DNA of 64,000 nucleotides from the IMG/VR virus record IMGVR_UViG_3300033067_001837, positions 1 through 64,000 of that record; one strand, written 5' to 3'. Under the pieces are notes generated by a model. The model was not told the DNA's origin, did not search any database, and saw nothing but the letters and a program-made list of their open reading frames with translations. This stretch comes from a virus. Taxonomy: Duplodnaviria; Caudoviricetes. The position numbers and the translations under genes are program-made. Positions 26,797-36,900 of the stretch are shown piece by piece (positions within the stretch are counted from its first letter, which is position 1; each line of letters starts with the position of its first letter).

Positions 26797-26947
26797 AAAA
26801 GTTATTGAGTGGTGAAGAGAACGGTTACTTCGACATTTAATCGGCTGGTCGCGGGTTCAAATCCCGCTCGTTGAATAAAATTCAACGGTAGCTCAGTGGT
26901 CAGAGCAGCAAAATTTCCGTTTTCGCCGTTTCCCTTGATAGCTTTTT
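26797..26947 (+). ncRNA. Y RNA-like 3 (YrlA-type, permuted tRNA module)
   Basis: Terminal stem AAAAGTTATTGAG/CTTGATAGCTTTT; T arm GCGGG-TTCAAAT-CCCGC; CGTTGAAT/ATTCAACG; D arm TAGCTCAGTGGTCAGAGC. Confidence 0.82.
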
Positions 26948-26954
26948 CAACTTC

Positions 26955-26984
26955 GGCCTGAGATATTTCTCTCGGGCCTTTTTT
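26955..26984 (+). terminator. Intrinsic terminator between Y RNAs and Ro60 gene
   Basis: GGCCTGAGA...TCTCGGGCC followed by T6. Confidence 0.7.
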
Positions 26985-26995
26985 ATTGGGAAAAT

Positions 26996-28381
26996 ATGAT
27001 GAAAATCAACACCAAGCCTTCTGATTATCGTCTAGATCATGAAGCGCCGCGCCTCGCCGGTGGGGCAGGGATGATTCCCGCCAAGCAATCTCCAGAATCC
27101 TTGTTGCGTCGGGTGATTCTAACGAACCTGCTATGGGAAGATATGGCCTACAGCACCGGGAAAGCAGCGGTCGCGCAGATTCAGTCCCTGGTTGAACAGA
27201 TTCAGCCCGAGACGGTCGCACAGTTGGCGATTGAGGCGCGAATGGAGCAGAAGCTACGGCATGTTCCGTTGCTCCTGGCTCGTGAACTGGCGCGTCAGCC
27301 TGTGTCTCGTGGGCTAGTGGGATTGTTGCTCCCGAAAATTATTCAACGCCCGGACGAACTCACTGAGTTCCTGGCGCTATACTGGCAGGACGGACGCTGT
27401 CCCATCGCCAAGCAGGTGAAGGTTGGTCTAGCGAAAGCCTTTCAACGCTTCGACGCTTACCAGTTAGCAAAATGGAACCGGAAGGACACCATTAAGCTGC
27501 GGGACGTACTGTTTATGGTACACGCCAAGCCTGCGAATGACGAGCAAGCGGGGTTGTGGAAACAGTTGGCGTCAAATACCTTACCGACCCCGGACACTTG
27601 GGAAGTGGCGCTGTCGGTCGGGAAGGATAAGAAGGCGACTTTTGAGCGACTCATTCAAGAGCGCAAGCTCGGTGCGTTGGCATTCCTGCGGAATCTGCGG
27701 AACATGATTGAGGCCGGGGTCAATGACGAGGTGATCCTGCAAGGCTTCAAGACCATTAATCCGCAATGGATTCTCCCGGTCAACGGGTTGGCGGCGGCTC
27801 AACATGCACCTCGGTTTACGGCGGAGATTGAAGAACTATTAATCCGTGGGCTGACCGACATACCTAAGCTGCCTGGAAAGACAATCCTGGTGGTGGACGT
27901 TTCGGGTTCGATGGATAAGAAAATCAGCGGTAAAAGCCAGTTTACCCGCCTGCATGTCGCGGGAGCCTTGGCGTTTCTGGCGCGGGAACTCTGCGAACGG
28001 GCGGTGATTTACGCGACGGCGGGTTGTGATCGTACCCGCGTACATAGAACAGCACCGCTGCCGAATCTGCGGGGGTTTGGATTATCGAAAGCGGTTTTGA
28101 CTGCCAGGACTCAACTTGGGGGCGGTGGCATCTTCACCCGGCAATGTCTGGAGTTTATTAAAGAAAGGGAAGGCTCCGCCGACCGAATTATCGTTTTCTC
28201 CGATAGCCAGGACTGTGATCGTGTCAAGACAGTCCCGAAACCGTTTGGGAAAACCAACTACCTGATTGATGTCAGCGCCGAACAGCGCGGCGTAAATTAC
28301 GAAGGGGTATGGACAGCGGAGATTTCTGGCTGGAGTGAGAAGGTGTTGAATTTTATTGCGGCGGTGGAACAGCTAAGTTAA
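26996..28381 (+). CDS. rsr: Ro60/TROVE-vWA RNA-binding protein
   Basis: IQRPDELTEFL, FDAYQLAKW, LRDVLFMVHAKP, TPDTWEV, LRNLRN, MIDAS VDVSGSM. Confidence 0.92.
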   Translation: MMKINTKPSDYRLDHEAPRLAGGAGMIPAKQSPESLLRRVILTNLLWEDMAYSTGKAAVAQIQSLVEQIQPETVAQLAIEARMEQKLRHVPLLLARELARQPVSRGLVGLLLPKIIQRPDELTEFLALYWQDGRCPIAKQVKVGLAKAFQRFDAYQLAKWNRKDTIKLRDVLFMVHAKPANDEQAGLWKQLASNTLPTPDTWEVALSVGKDKKATFERLIQERKLGALAFLRNLRNMIEAGVNDEVILQGFKTINPQWILPVNGLAAAQHAPRFTAEIEELLIRGLTDIPKLPGKTILVVDVSGSMDKKISGKSQFTRLHVAGALAFLARELCERAVIYATAGCDRTRVHRTAPLPNLRGFGLSKAVLTARTQLGGGGIFTRQCLEFIKEREGSADRIIVFSDSQDCDRVKTVPKPFGKTNYLIDVSAEQRGVNYEGVWTAEISGWSEKVLNFIAAVEQLS

Positions 28382-28386
28382 GTTCC

Positions 28387-28415
28387 TTGCGTTCTACCAA
28401 CCAGCTTGGTAGAAT
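28387..28415 (+). promoter_or_regulatory. Sigma70 promoter with perfect operator
   Basis: TTGCGT-17-TAGAAT; CTACCAA-CCAGC-TTGGTAG. Confidence 0.75.
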
Positions 28416-28498
28416 AGGGTTAATGGAGCCTAGAAACCTCCCACCCTAATCGAATTTTTCTGCTGATTTTTCCTCTGCGTTGCACCCAGGTTTCAATT

Positions 28499-28570
28499 TG
28501 GGGATCGGAGGGTCGGGAAATACTCAATACTCGACGCCGGTTTAGGTGCGGTTTCTAGCCTCCTATCTCC
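28499..28570 (+). ncRNA. C4-like antisense RNA in antirepressor leader
   Basis: Closing stem GGGGATCGGAGG/CCTCCTATCTCC; GGTTTCTAG complementary to CTAGAAACC (28430) and CTAGAAA (28578, at RBS). Confidence 0.55.
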
Positions 28571-28595
28571 AACATTCCTAGAAAGGAGCCTAAGC

Positions 28596-29366
28596 ATGTC
28601 CACGCAGTCGATTGGTTTTTCCTCCCTCATTAGTCGAGACGTTTTCCAGTCCGGCATCTTATCTGATCAATCACAGATCGATCTTAAATCATATTTCGTT
28701 GGTGTGAAGCTGCGCTACGAGTCCGGCGATGAGTTTCCTTACGATCTTGTTGAGTTGGTTCCTACAGTGTTTACTCGGAAGGATATAGCTGTTGATTCCT
28801 TAAAAAATGACTTTACGCAAGGCATTGATTTTACCGGCTCCGTCTCCAGACGGAGCGACGATAACCCTAACCCGCCCATTACCTACCGCCTGTCCCCACT
28901 GGCTTTCGAGTTCATGGTTGCCCGCAAGAGCAAAGATGTGTTCAGCCTGTACCACACTATCTTTCACCTTAAAACCACACCGCCAACCCTATCTACCGAA
29001 CCTGTTGACCTTGATCTAATGATCCAGCAAAACGCCATGATTGGTAAGGCGATCATTGAACTAAAATCTCAACGCGAAGCGATGCAGGCTATACAGCGGG
29101 ATGTTTCCGACATCAAAGCAGCGCTCCCTACAGCCAAGACGCACACCACGATTCGCGCTTATGCCGCAACGCACAATATCCGGTTAGCTCCGCGTGTAGC
29201 GCAGCGACTGGGTAAGCGCTACTCTCATATCACGATCAATCAGGGGTTAGCGATTAACGCTATACCTGATGATCTCTATGGCACGGTCAACGCTTACCCT
29301 AACGCAATTATTCATCAGGTATTTACTGATGAGTTTGGTGGGATTCAACAGAAGGAAGCCGCATGA
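28596..29366 (+). CDS. Antirepressor-like protein
   Basis: AntA-like N-part (DFTQGIDF...YRLS), coiled coil, C-terminal YGTVNAYP. Confidence 0.6.
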   Translation: MSTQSIGFSSLISRDVFQSGILSDQSQIDLKSYFVGVKLRYESGDEFPYDLVELVPTVFTRKDIAVDSLKNDFTQGIDFTGSVSRRSDDNPNPPITYRLSPLAFEFMVARKSKDVFSLYHTIFHLKTTPPTLSTEPVDLDLMIQQNAMIGKAIIELKSQREAMQAIQRDVSDIKAALPTAKTHTTIRAYAATHNIRLAPRVAQRLGKRYSHITINQGLAINAIPDDLYGTVNAYPNAIIHQVFTDEFGGIQQKEAA

Positions 29367-29611
29367 TGATGACTCTTATTGATCAAATCAACAACGCCGC
29401 CGAACGAGAATTGGCGGGATACAAGCCTGACACTGATGACGGCATTTGCTCAGTCCTAAGCCTGCTGAATAACATCGATGAATATATCGATGGTGTTATA
29501 GAGGGGTCGGAGTTGGCTGTCAGTGACGCCGTGGAGATCAGTGAAATGGTTTCCATGATTCGTGTCAAACTGGGCTTCCCGGCGACCTTCCACACCAAGC
29601 CTTGTCAATAA
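29363..29611 (+). CDS. Hypothetical protein
   Basis: ATGA coupling. Confidence 0.55.
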   Translation: MMMTLIDQINNAAERELAGYKPDTDDGICSVLSLLNNIDEYIDGVIEGSELAVSDAVEISEMVSMIRVKLGFPATFHTKPCQ

Positions 29612-29633
29612 AATCAATAGTTGACACTCGCTG

Positions 29634-29885
29634 ATGGTTGCGCTAGGCTACGTCTGTTCCATGTGGAACACGGGATTAGCCTCCCGGAACCTCAAGCGCG
29701 AAAGCGCCATCAGCGATACCGGCGTATTTTTTACGCCTGCTATTTCTATGGCGGGATTGCGGGATGGACTCGTAAGAGTCGCCGGGTTCCTTGAGGCCGG
29801 TAAGGCTAACTTCCCGCAGTACCGCCACCATCTCTGGTTAGCCTCAGCAGTGGCGGTATCCAATCCTCAAGGAGTACCGTTATGA
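29634..29885 (+). CDS. Ash-family-like ORF overlapping C4 RNA
   Basis: GVFF...MAG...AGKAN pattern; may be only the translation of the RNA element. Confidence 0.4.
   Translation: MVALGYVCSMWNTGLASRNLKRESAISDTGVFFTPAISMAGLRDGLVRVAGFLEAGKANFPQYRHHLWLASAVAVSNPQGVPL
29749..29830 (+). ncRNA. C4 antisense RNA (P1/P7-type)
   Basis: TGGCGG...CCGCCA-CCA ends; GACTC-GTAA-GAGTC hairpin; AGGCTAA pairs with TTAGCCT up- and downstream; promoter TTGACA-17-TAGGCT at 29621-29649. Confidence 0.75.
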
Positions 29886-30730
29886 AAGTTGAAACTCCCC
29901 TGATTAGGGTTACTCACTACGGCCCCGTTCATTTTGGTGCGGCTGTCGAATGTCAAGCGCTGGTTTTGGAAAATGGCGAACGCGGCTTTAATCGCCGACA
30001 AGTCATGCAACTCATTGGTTTTCATAAAGATAATCGGTCTGACCGTTTTCGCTCTTTTTTGGCTGAAATCGCTCCTAACGCTTTGACTTTGTTTAATAAA
30101 TCCGAGTCACCAGTCGTTATGCCGAATGGCGGTCGAGCGATATTCATCCCGTGCGATGTTATCCCCGATTTTGCAATGGGCGTTATTCGCCAAGCCGTCG
30201 CGGGGACGCTTCATGCGAAACGCAAAGGGCTGATTGAGCCTTGTCTGAAAATTCAAGACTCCCTCGCTAAGGTTGGTATTACCGCGCTCATTGACGAAGC
30301 CACTGGCTATCAATACCACCGTGCGCCGGACGCACTCCAAGACCTGTTTGATCGGCTGATTCGGCAAACGGCATCCGACTGGGAACGGCGGTTTCATCCA
30401 GACTTCTACGAAGCGATTTATCGGTTGTTTAACTGGCGATACAATCCTGCCAAGCCGAAGCCGTTTATCGTCGGTAAGATCACCTTGCAATGGGTTTATG
30501 AGCCGGTGTTTCCCTCAGAAATCCTTGTTGAAATTAAGGAACGCCAAAGGAGCGAGAAAATGCATCAATGGCTAGAAACGGGCGGATTAACGTTGTTAGA
30601 AAAACAGCGTGATGCGGTAATGATGATTGCCCGGTCATCCACGGATTTCAAGGATTTTGATAACCGTTGCGCCTGTGCGTTTTTCAAGCGCGGACAAATG
30701 TCGATCCTGTATCCGAGGGAGGCCGCATGA
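29882..30730 (+). CDS. P63C-domain antirepressor-like protein
   Basis: LAKVGITALIDEATGYQ...DALQ...WERRF...KMHQWL. Confidence 0.85.
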   Translation: MKVETPLIRVTHYGPVHFGAAVECQALVLENGERGFNRRQVMQLIGFHKDNRSDRFRSFLAEIAPNALTLFNKSESPVVMPNGGRAIFIPCDVIPDFAMGVIRQAVAGTLHAKRKGLIEPCLKIQDSLAKVGITALIDEATGYQYHRAPDALQDLFDRLIRQTASDWERRFHPDFYEAIYRLFNWRYNPAKPKPFIVGKITLQWVYEPVFPSEILVEIKERQRSEKMHQWLETGGLTLLEKQRDAVMMIARSSTDFKDFDNRCACAFFKRGQMSILYPREAA

Positions 30731-30906
30731 AACTCACCGACGCGGTGGACGACTTGGTTGTGGCGCACAGTCTATTGTCGCTGCTCTACCATAGTCGGTT
30801 TGATGAAATGGATAGTCACGCCTTCCAAGGTGTATATCACCTTCTCAATGATGCCATGGAACGACTCCGATTAACGCTAATCCGCATCGGCCACCCGCTG
30901 CCCTAG
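30727..30906 (+). CDS. Hypothetical protein
   Basis: ATGA coupling; GGAGG RBS. Confidence 0.55.
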   Translation: MKLTDAVDDLVVAHSLLSLLYHSRFDEMDSHAFQGVYHLLNDAMERLRLTLIRIGHPLP

Positions 30907-30910
30907 CCTA

Positions 30911-30937
30911 AAAGCCCCTCTCATTGAGAGGGGCTTT
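30911..30937. terminator. Bidirectional terminator between convergent arms
   Basis: AAAGCCCCTCTCA-T-TGAGAGGGGCTTT. Confidence 0.8.
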
Positions 30938-30940
30938 CCA

Positions 30941-33900
30941 TTAGAACCGCTCGTTCTCCACCAGCTTCCGCATTCCCTTACTAGCGATATACATGCCCTG
31001 GTTTGACTTCTGGTGGGCCTGCCGGCGCTGTTTAAAGGCATTCTGGATGCGTTGCGGGGTAATCCGAATGAGCGGATTCTTTCGGTTGAACTCCGCAATC
31101 GCTTTCCTGAACTCCGCAATTCCTTCCTCGTCGCGGGCCTCGCGAGCATAGACCAGACCTTGAATCAGATTCTGCGCCCGACGTTCCCGTTCAGTTTTGA
31201 ACTCGAACAGCAGATTGTTTTCCTGGTACGCCTCAAAGACTTCGGCGGGCTGGAAACCGAGCGCCTGGGACACCCACTGGCCGGTGCCAACATCATTCGT
31301 TAGTTGATCGCCGCGCCGGGTCTTGATGCCCTCGGTCTCATAGCGATAGGCTTTCACCATGTTCGCCAGCGGGGACGGGAGTAGCGACTCAAACGCCCGG
31401 TAGCCCATATCCGCACTCTTTCGTTCCCTGGCATAATTCGCATCACGCACGGCATCCGCGAATTTGAACGTCAACCCAAACGCCGGGCCAGCGAGTTGCT
31501 TCATGTACTCACTGACCAGTTCCTGCCCTTCTAAATCACTCGGCGGCTTTCGCACCCAGAACCGAATCAAGTCCAGACTCAAGCGTGGTGATAATGAAAT
31601 TCCATCCTTAGCTCCCAACAGCATCGGAGCCATCCCGACTGGTCCGGTCATTACCGCTTGCCGACCGCGTTCCCCGATCATTTCGGTAAGTTGTTGGTTG
31701 GCCCACAGTTCAAAATCCCACGGATCATCATCATCACCAAACGCCGCCTCCATGGCTTTCATCATCAGCACCACCATCGTGTAAATCGGTAAGCCCATGG
31801 CTCCACCCAGCAGACTGGCGTTCAGCATCATCCAACCCAACCGTGCCCGGGCTTCGGCACGTTCGGAAGGATCAATTCCCTTGCGCATCGGCATCGACTG
31901 ATACGCATCTCGCAGCAGCCGCCAGGTCATTATCTGTGCGTAAGTACGAAACAGCGTCAACACTCGCGCCATATCGCTGCGCATCCAGCGGGCGCGGTTC
32001 GCGTTACTGTAATCGCCCTGGGTGAAAGCAATCGCTTTATAGGCGTAATCCTGAGCGATGCGATGCGCCTCTTCGCGGGGTTTATCCTTCAACTGTTCGC
32101 GCATCAGACGATAAGCGGCAATCGCGGTCACTTCGCGGTTCGCGACTTCGGAATGATGGAACAGGAACGCGCCGGTCTTCATCGTTAAATCCCACAGACG
32201 ACTGGCCTTACCCTGCCAGTTATCCCGCATCTGCCAGCTATCCTCACCCAGACCCGCTAACTGCGTCGTGGCGGAACGCGATACCCGTCCAGAACGCTCC
32301 AGGAACTCCATAAGGCGGCCCATATCGCCCTGATACTCACCGCCCAGGATTTCCATTCCGGCAGCCTCTAATGGGCTAATAGCGCGGTCTATGGTGTAAC
32401 CCTGAGCCTCCAGGGCTTTAATCGCTTGTTGATACTCCGCTTCATCCGTATAAGTGGAATACTTCACCTCATTCTGCGAAATCCCGTTCGCATCCGGTAC
32501 GGTGCGGCTGGCTTTCAACGCCATCGGCGGTTTCAACGGATTGACACCCATCTTCCGCCAGCGATTCAAGACGCTGGAATAATCGTACATCGCTTTATGA
32601 ATTGCGCCGAACGCGGCCCCACCGCCAAATTTGGACGCCAGTTCCGGGAAGGTCATCAGTGGCAACTGTGACAAGTTCACCATCGCCGTTGAGGGATTCG
32701 TGAGGTGCCAGATAAAGCCCAGAGCGGTCAGACGGTTCGCCCAGGTCGCATTGGTGGGATTCATTAACCAGTCGTAGGACTTAATCAGTTCATTCAGAAT
32801 TGCGCCAGCTTTTGCTTGATCATTTTCATGGGCCGATAGTCCCGTAACTTCTCGCTCCATCTGATAAAGTTGTTCCGACAGCACGTCCGCATAGCGTAGT
32901 CGCGCTATCATGTTTGCGGAACCGTTCATAAACCTCCCGTAGGCCCGCAGCGCATCCCGGTTATAACCAAAGATGCCCTTGCGCCGCAGCAGGTGTTTCC
33001 GCACCGATAAGTCGGGCAAATTCTCCAGATAGAGATCGTACAGCGACTGTTTCAGCGCATCCCGTTCTTTCGGGTTGCGTACCGATTCATCAATGAACTG
33101 GTACATTTCACCCACGAACGTCCCACTGGGGGCAGACTCAATCTTGTCGCGTATGATCTGGTAATCTGTGTTGACTGTCCAACCGGCCTTTTCGAGTAAC
33201 TGGCGAGCCTGCTTCTGTTCGTGGATCGTCTCGAATTTCGAGAATGCCACTTCCTTCTCCAGCTTCGGCTGACCTGCCTCATCCAAGACCGGCTGTCCGG
33301 TACGCTTATTAATTTGCGGAATCATCCGTTCGGCAAAGACTTCGTACTTTCCATAGCGGGTCAGCGGGACATACGGCTGCCGACCTCGAGCAGCTTCAGC
33401 GTACAACTGAATCGACGCCATCATATTCTCTTGCCGGGCCTTGAACGCATAGTTCATAGCGCGATACAGCATTTGGGCATCTTCAGGGAGTTGCACCAAT
33501 TCAGCCCGCATCGCCGCGTGTTCTTCCGGCACAAAGGACTTCTGCGAGACCCGATCTACCAGGACGTTAATCGCCCGGCGTTGTGAACTGACAATCAAAT
33601 TTTCCAGCTTCCCGTAGGTCGCTCGATCCCGATCCATCAGTTCCCGCATCCGGGCCGCATGGGGTAGCTCATCGATCTTACGGCGCAACTGATAAAGCGC
33701 TTTCTGCTCATTGGAGAGCGTTTGATAGGTATTCTTCGCCTTTAAAATAGCTGAAGGATCAATTGGGCCGACCGGATCACTGATCTTGAAGCTTATCCCC
33801 GGTGAGTAGCGTTCCCCACGCTTAAACAACCGATACAGCGCCTCCACGACCGTCTTATCCTTGAGGGCTGCTGTCGCCCACTGCTGTTGAAGCTGCGCTG

Positions 33901-36900
33901 CCTCGGCCACATCCGCGTGATTATCGGCCATCCGCTTGGCGCGTTCCATCGTCACCCGAACCATCCCATAACCGGCCCGTCCCACTCGCTCCTTCATGGC
34001 GGCATACTTCATGTCATTGACGGACTGATAATTCTCAAACACCCGCTGTACCATATCCGCCAAAATAGGACTTTGCTTTTTCAGTTCCACAATCTTTTGC
34101 GTCAGCACCCCATACCAGCGCACTCGTTCAGCATAGGTGTAATCCGTGTCATCAATCTCACGGGGCGGGAGCGGTTTCGTAGGATCAATGCTGTGTAGCG
34201 TCGATCCATGAAGAATGTAGTCGAACAGATAAGCCGTCTGCCGATTACGCCCGGCCTCGCGCTGCCACTGTGGCACTAGACCATCGTACATATCGCGCTT
34301 AATGCGGCTCTTGGCACCGTCAATCAGTGAAGCAGCGTTCTCAAAGAACTCGGCAGACGGTAGCAACGTCCGTCCCAGTGCCGGGATTTTTCGGCTGGCG
34401 AGTTCAACTAACTGCTGGCGGGTCATCAGCCCCAACCCACGATTAAACCAGTCACGACCTTTATCCCACAACTTCTCCATCGTGAACGGGTCGGGCTGCT
34501 GGTCAAGAATCAACTGGCCAATATCGTCGTTGATGGATTGAGGGGTTGGAAGGGAGTAGCGGATGTCGGAATTAACGCTTAACGCCGTTCTGAAATTCGA
34601 CTGTAGCACCACATCCTTATCGGCGATGCCATCTCGGAACATCGTATTACGGTAAGGCGGGGTCGCTTGCCGTTCTTCCGGCGTCATCTCCAGACGGCTT
34701 GCGGTATCGCGAGCTTCAATTTCTCCAAAATTGCGCTTATAAAGCCCACCAGGACCCCATTTACTAATTTCAAGTGTAAGATTATTTTCTATTTTTACGG
34801 CAGCTTTACGTTTTTCTTCTGCATTCGCACGCTCTTGGCTACCGCGTGGCAGACTATCGCGTAGTCTGGCGAATTTAGTCTTATTGGTTCGCGCCTTTTT
34901 CTGCTGCTTGGTCAGTAGTTCAATCTCGCGCTTGGCGCGTTCGATAACTTCATAATCCTTTTTGAAAAATAAATCATCCTCATCATACAGTGACGAACTT
35001 GCTCCGGGGCTATGGCCTTCTATCGCCTGTACCGCGTGCTGCAATTCATGGATCAATGTCTTCTTAGCGTCTTCATACGTATGCGCCCTAATGTTAATCC
35101 GTTGATCGTTCCGGCCATATGAACCGCCTGCATCATGTATATTCGGATTAATGGTGAGATTAACATTTATACCCTGGAGTTGTGGATAATCAGAAAACAA
35201 TTGTGGATGAGAAACGATTTGCTCTAGTTGAGTCTGAATGCGATTTAGTGTTTCAGGCTGCTGTTGAATCCAGTCCGCGTTGAACGAAAAATCGCTATCG
35301 TCGATTTCAAATCTCCAACGATTATCGAATCCCTTGAACCAGCCTGTTTCCTTGCGTACCGTCTCTGCATCTTCACCGCTCTCAACTCGTTGTTTCGCTT
35401 GTTGCAGTAGCGGCTGATTCGCCGTAGTGGCTCGCACACCCGCATAGCTCTGCACCACGCTCTTTTTCCCGGAAAACACCCAGCGGCTCGTTGCCTCTTC
35501 ACCCTGATTCAGCTTCGCCTGAGATTCCCGCGCAAATTGCAGCACGTCGGTCATCGTTAGCGAGTTCACGAAGTCCTTGGCTAAACCGAATCGTCTCAAT
35601 ACCGCTTTAATCAAGTGCAGCAGCTTGTTCGTTGCCGCCAGCAACAGCCCGATCTTCTCATGCAGTCCGCGTTCAACAGTGACCGCAAAGATTTCACTGG
35701 CGCGATCCAGCTTACTTAAACCAGGCTGAGACGCATCGACTTGTGCGGCAATGGAACGAATTTCGCGATTATCGACCTTCTCCAGACGATCCAGTGCGTT
35801 CAGTACTTGAACGAACTCGGAAGAATCACGAAGATTCTGTGATGACCAATGACCTACAACCTCATGGGATAATACCTCTCTCGCTCTATCTAAAGAAGCA
35901 AGATTATCGGCAATTAGATAAATCTGATTGCTGCGTAAATCATAGAAACCTTCGGCGCGGGGGTCATTGAGGCGTTCCTGTAGGTCAGTAGACAGATCGG
36001 AAACGGACTGAACCACGTTCACCGTCAACCCGGCTCGTTGCCAAGCGACTCGATGCGGGTCAATCAGTTTTTCGACCCCAGAAGCAGAAACCCCGGAAGG
36101 GGCCGGGGTCTGTGGATTCGATTTGGAGTAAACCATGCCCGCAACGGGCGTTCCTGTTAAGCCTTCACGCAACTGTTGTACAACATCCGCCAGTAATCTT
36201 CTGGATTCTCCCACCCCTTCTCCGCTTCTTGATGAAAGGGTAAGCAGATAAGCTGTTCTCTTAAGCGTCGCGCTCCCTGCCTGCGCCGCTCGCGCTCCTG
36301 GGGACTCAGCGAGTGTTGTGAACAAATCTTCTCCAAACGCTCGCCCGGTGTCAGTGTTGATAAATCTTCTGTTTTCGAAGTCATAGCGAATCGCCTTTAA
36401 ATCAGGAACGTTCTCCAGTATATTCTGATTCGACTTTTCAATCAATGACTGGAAATCAGCTTCATCATTTCCTTTCCACTGAATGCCTTGTTTTTCATGC
36501 GGCCACAGGTGCTTGGTCGTACCATGTTTAATAGCTGACGCCAGCATATTCTCGGTGCGTCGGTAAACCGCAATATCGGTGAGTCCCATCGGGTCTCCGA
36601 TAAATACGAGGCCATTATTAGCAGCATAATCAGAGACGGCAGCATAGAAACGACTTCCTTGACCGCCCTCTTTCAGATTGGAGACGTTAATCCAAACGGA
36701 TTGCTTGCGCCGCATTACATAGCCGTGTCTTGTTTCTGAAACTCCACTTTCATCAGTATAAGGAACCCGAATCTCCCATGCCTGCTCAGCATCCACTTCT
36801 AGCGCTTCCGACTTCGGGAGTTCCCGGACAGTAAAATCGGGGACAACCTGCTGAAAGACCTCGGGTAGATTTTTGGAAGTAGCCTTCGGATTCTGGAACA

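Noticed and set aside
26690-26910. Two canonical tRNA genes
   Set aside because: T arm precedes D arm and the acceptor stem is loop-closed with no CCA; fits YrlA-type RNAs instead
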